A stretch of 64,000 nt of DNA, taken from NCBI GenBank assembly GCA_049519595.1, contig JBEKQP010000001.1, positions 3,399 to 67,398 of the forward strand, written 5' to 3'. Of the stretch, positions 63,649 through 64,000 are shown one piece after another. The notes beneath the pieces were generated by a model. The model did no database searches. It was not told the DNA's origin and saw nothing but the letters and a program-made list of their open reading frames with translations. Made by a program: the position numbers and the translations under genes. This DNA comes from Candidatus Korobacteraceae bacterium. Its GTDB lineage: Bacteria > Acidobacteriota > Terriglobia > Terriglobales > Acidobacteriaceae. Every line of letters begins with the position of its first letter. Positions within the stretch are counted from its first letter, which is position 1.

Positions 63649-64000
63649 GTGAAAAACATCTACGTAGGCAATTTGAAGTTCGACGCCAATGAAGAACAAG
63701 TGCGCGCACTGTTCGAGCCTTACGGACAGGTTGACAGGGTAAGTATCGTGACCGACCGCGATACCGGGCAGCCGCGAGGATTTGCCTTCGTCGAGATGTC
63801 TGACGATGACGCAGCAGCCAAGGCCATGGAAGCCTTGAACGGAATGAGCATGGGCGGCCGTAACCTGACGGTGAATGAGGCGCGCCCGAAAGAAGATCGT
63901 CCCCGACGCGGCGGAAGTGGTGGTGGTGGTGGCGGCAGAGGCGGACACGGCGGAGGCGGAGGCTTCGGGCGCGGCGGCGGTGGTGGCCGTTCCGGCGGCG
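63649..64000 (+). CDS. RRM-type RNA-binding protein with a glycine-rich tail (partial; runs off the window end)
   Basis: Absent from the ORF track because it has no stop in the window. GTG 63649 behind GAGGA. Translates as VKNIYVGNLKFDANEEQVRALFEPYGQVDRVSIVTDRDTGQPRGFAFVEM...GRNLTVNEARPKEDRPRRGGSGGGGGG, containing the RNP2 motif IYVGNL and the RNP1 motif RGFAFVEM. Confidence 0.85.
   Translation, partial: MKNIYVGNLKFDANEEQVRALFEPYGQVDRVSIVTDRDTGQPRGFAFVEMSDDDAAAKAMEALNGMSMGGRNLTVNEARPKEDRPRRGGSGGGGGGRGGHGGGGGFGRGGGGGRSGG

Noticed and set aside
63376-63948. 190-aa minus-strand ORF listed in the track near the window end
   Set aside because: It is the antisense of the RRM/glycine-rich gene. 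The GGC/GGT-rich plus-strand codons give a Thr/Ala/Pro-rich artefact on the other strand.

Overview
64-kb chromosomal window, roughly 58-60% GC by eye. The gene content and two very abundant intergenic repeat families (GGTGSCCCA...TGGGGYAG hairpins and GTCATCCTGAGCGCAGCGAAGGATC boxes) suggest a Terriglobia-type Acidobacteriota genome. That assignment is from memory and cannot be verified here. I call about 50 protein genes and see no rRNA, tRNA, CRISPR array, transposase or prophage. Most genes are housekeeping or metabolic: guaA, secA, xerC/xerD-like recombinases, H+-pyrophosphatase, GGT, an M16 peptidase pair, glutaryl-CoA dehydrogenase, futalosine-pathway genes and a split ChrA. Four regions deserve a second look. 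(1) 41.4-44.1 kb is a terminator-bounded two-gene unit. It encodes a RaiA/HPF ribosome-hibernation domain fused to an ECF-like sigma factor, followed by an eRF1/Pelota-fold protein whose GGQ position reads GGGG and which carries a Zn-ribbon insert. This is my best candidate for an uncharacterised system linking ribosome state to transcription. (2) 0.3-9.1 kb holds tandem FNR-like regulators, one of them truncated, followed by a multihaem cytochrome and quinol-dehydrogenase cluster. The cluster comprises an 11-haem c fused to cytochrome b (CbcL-like), a 19-haem c with a separate cytochrome b, and a 3-TM 7-haem ImcH-like protein, with CRP/FNR-type boxes upstream. (3) 15.4-17.1 kb is an overlapping operon of a 2x[4Fe-4S] protein and a Cys-rich unknown protein, behind a near-consensus TGTGA-N6-TCAC box and divergent from a third Crp-family regulator. 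(4) 30.2-33.0 kb is a 938-aa acyl-AMP ligase / carrier-protein / PlsC-acyltransferase fusion. All functional calls rest on motif reading by eye, since no searches could be run.
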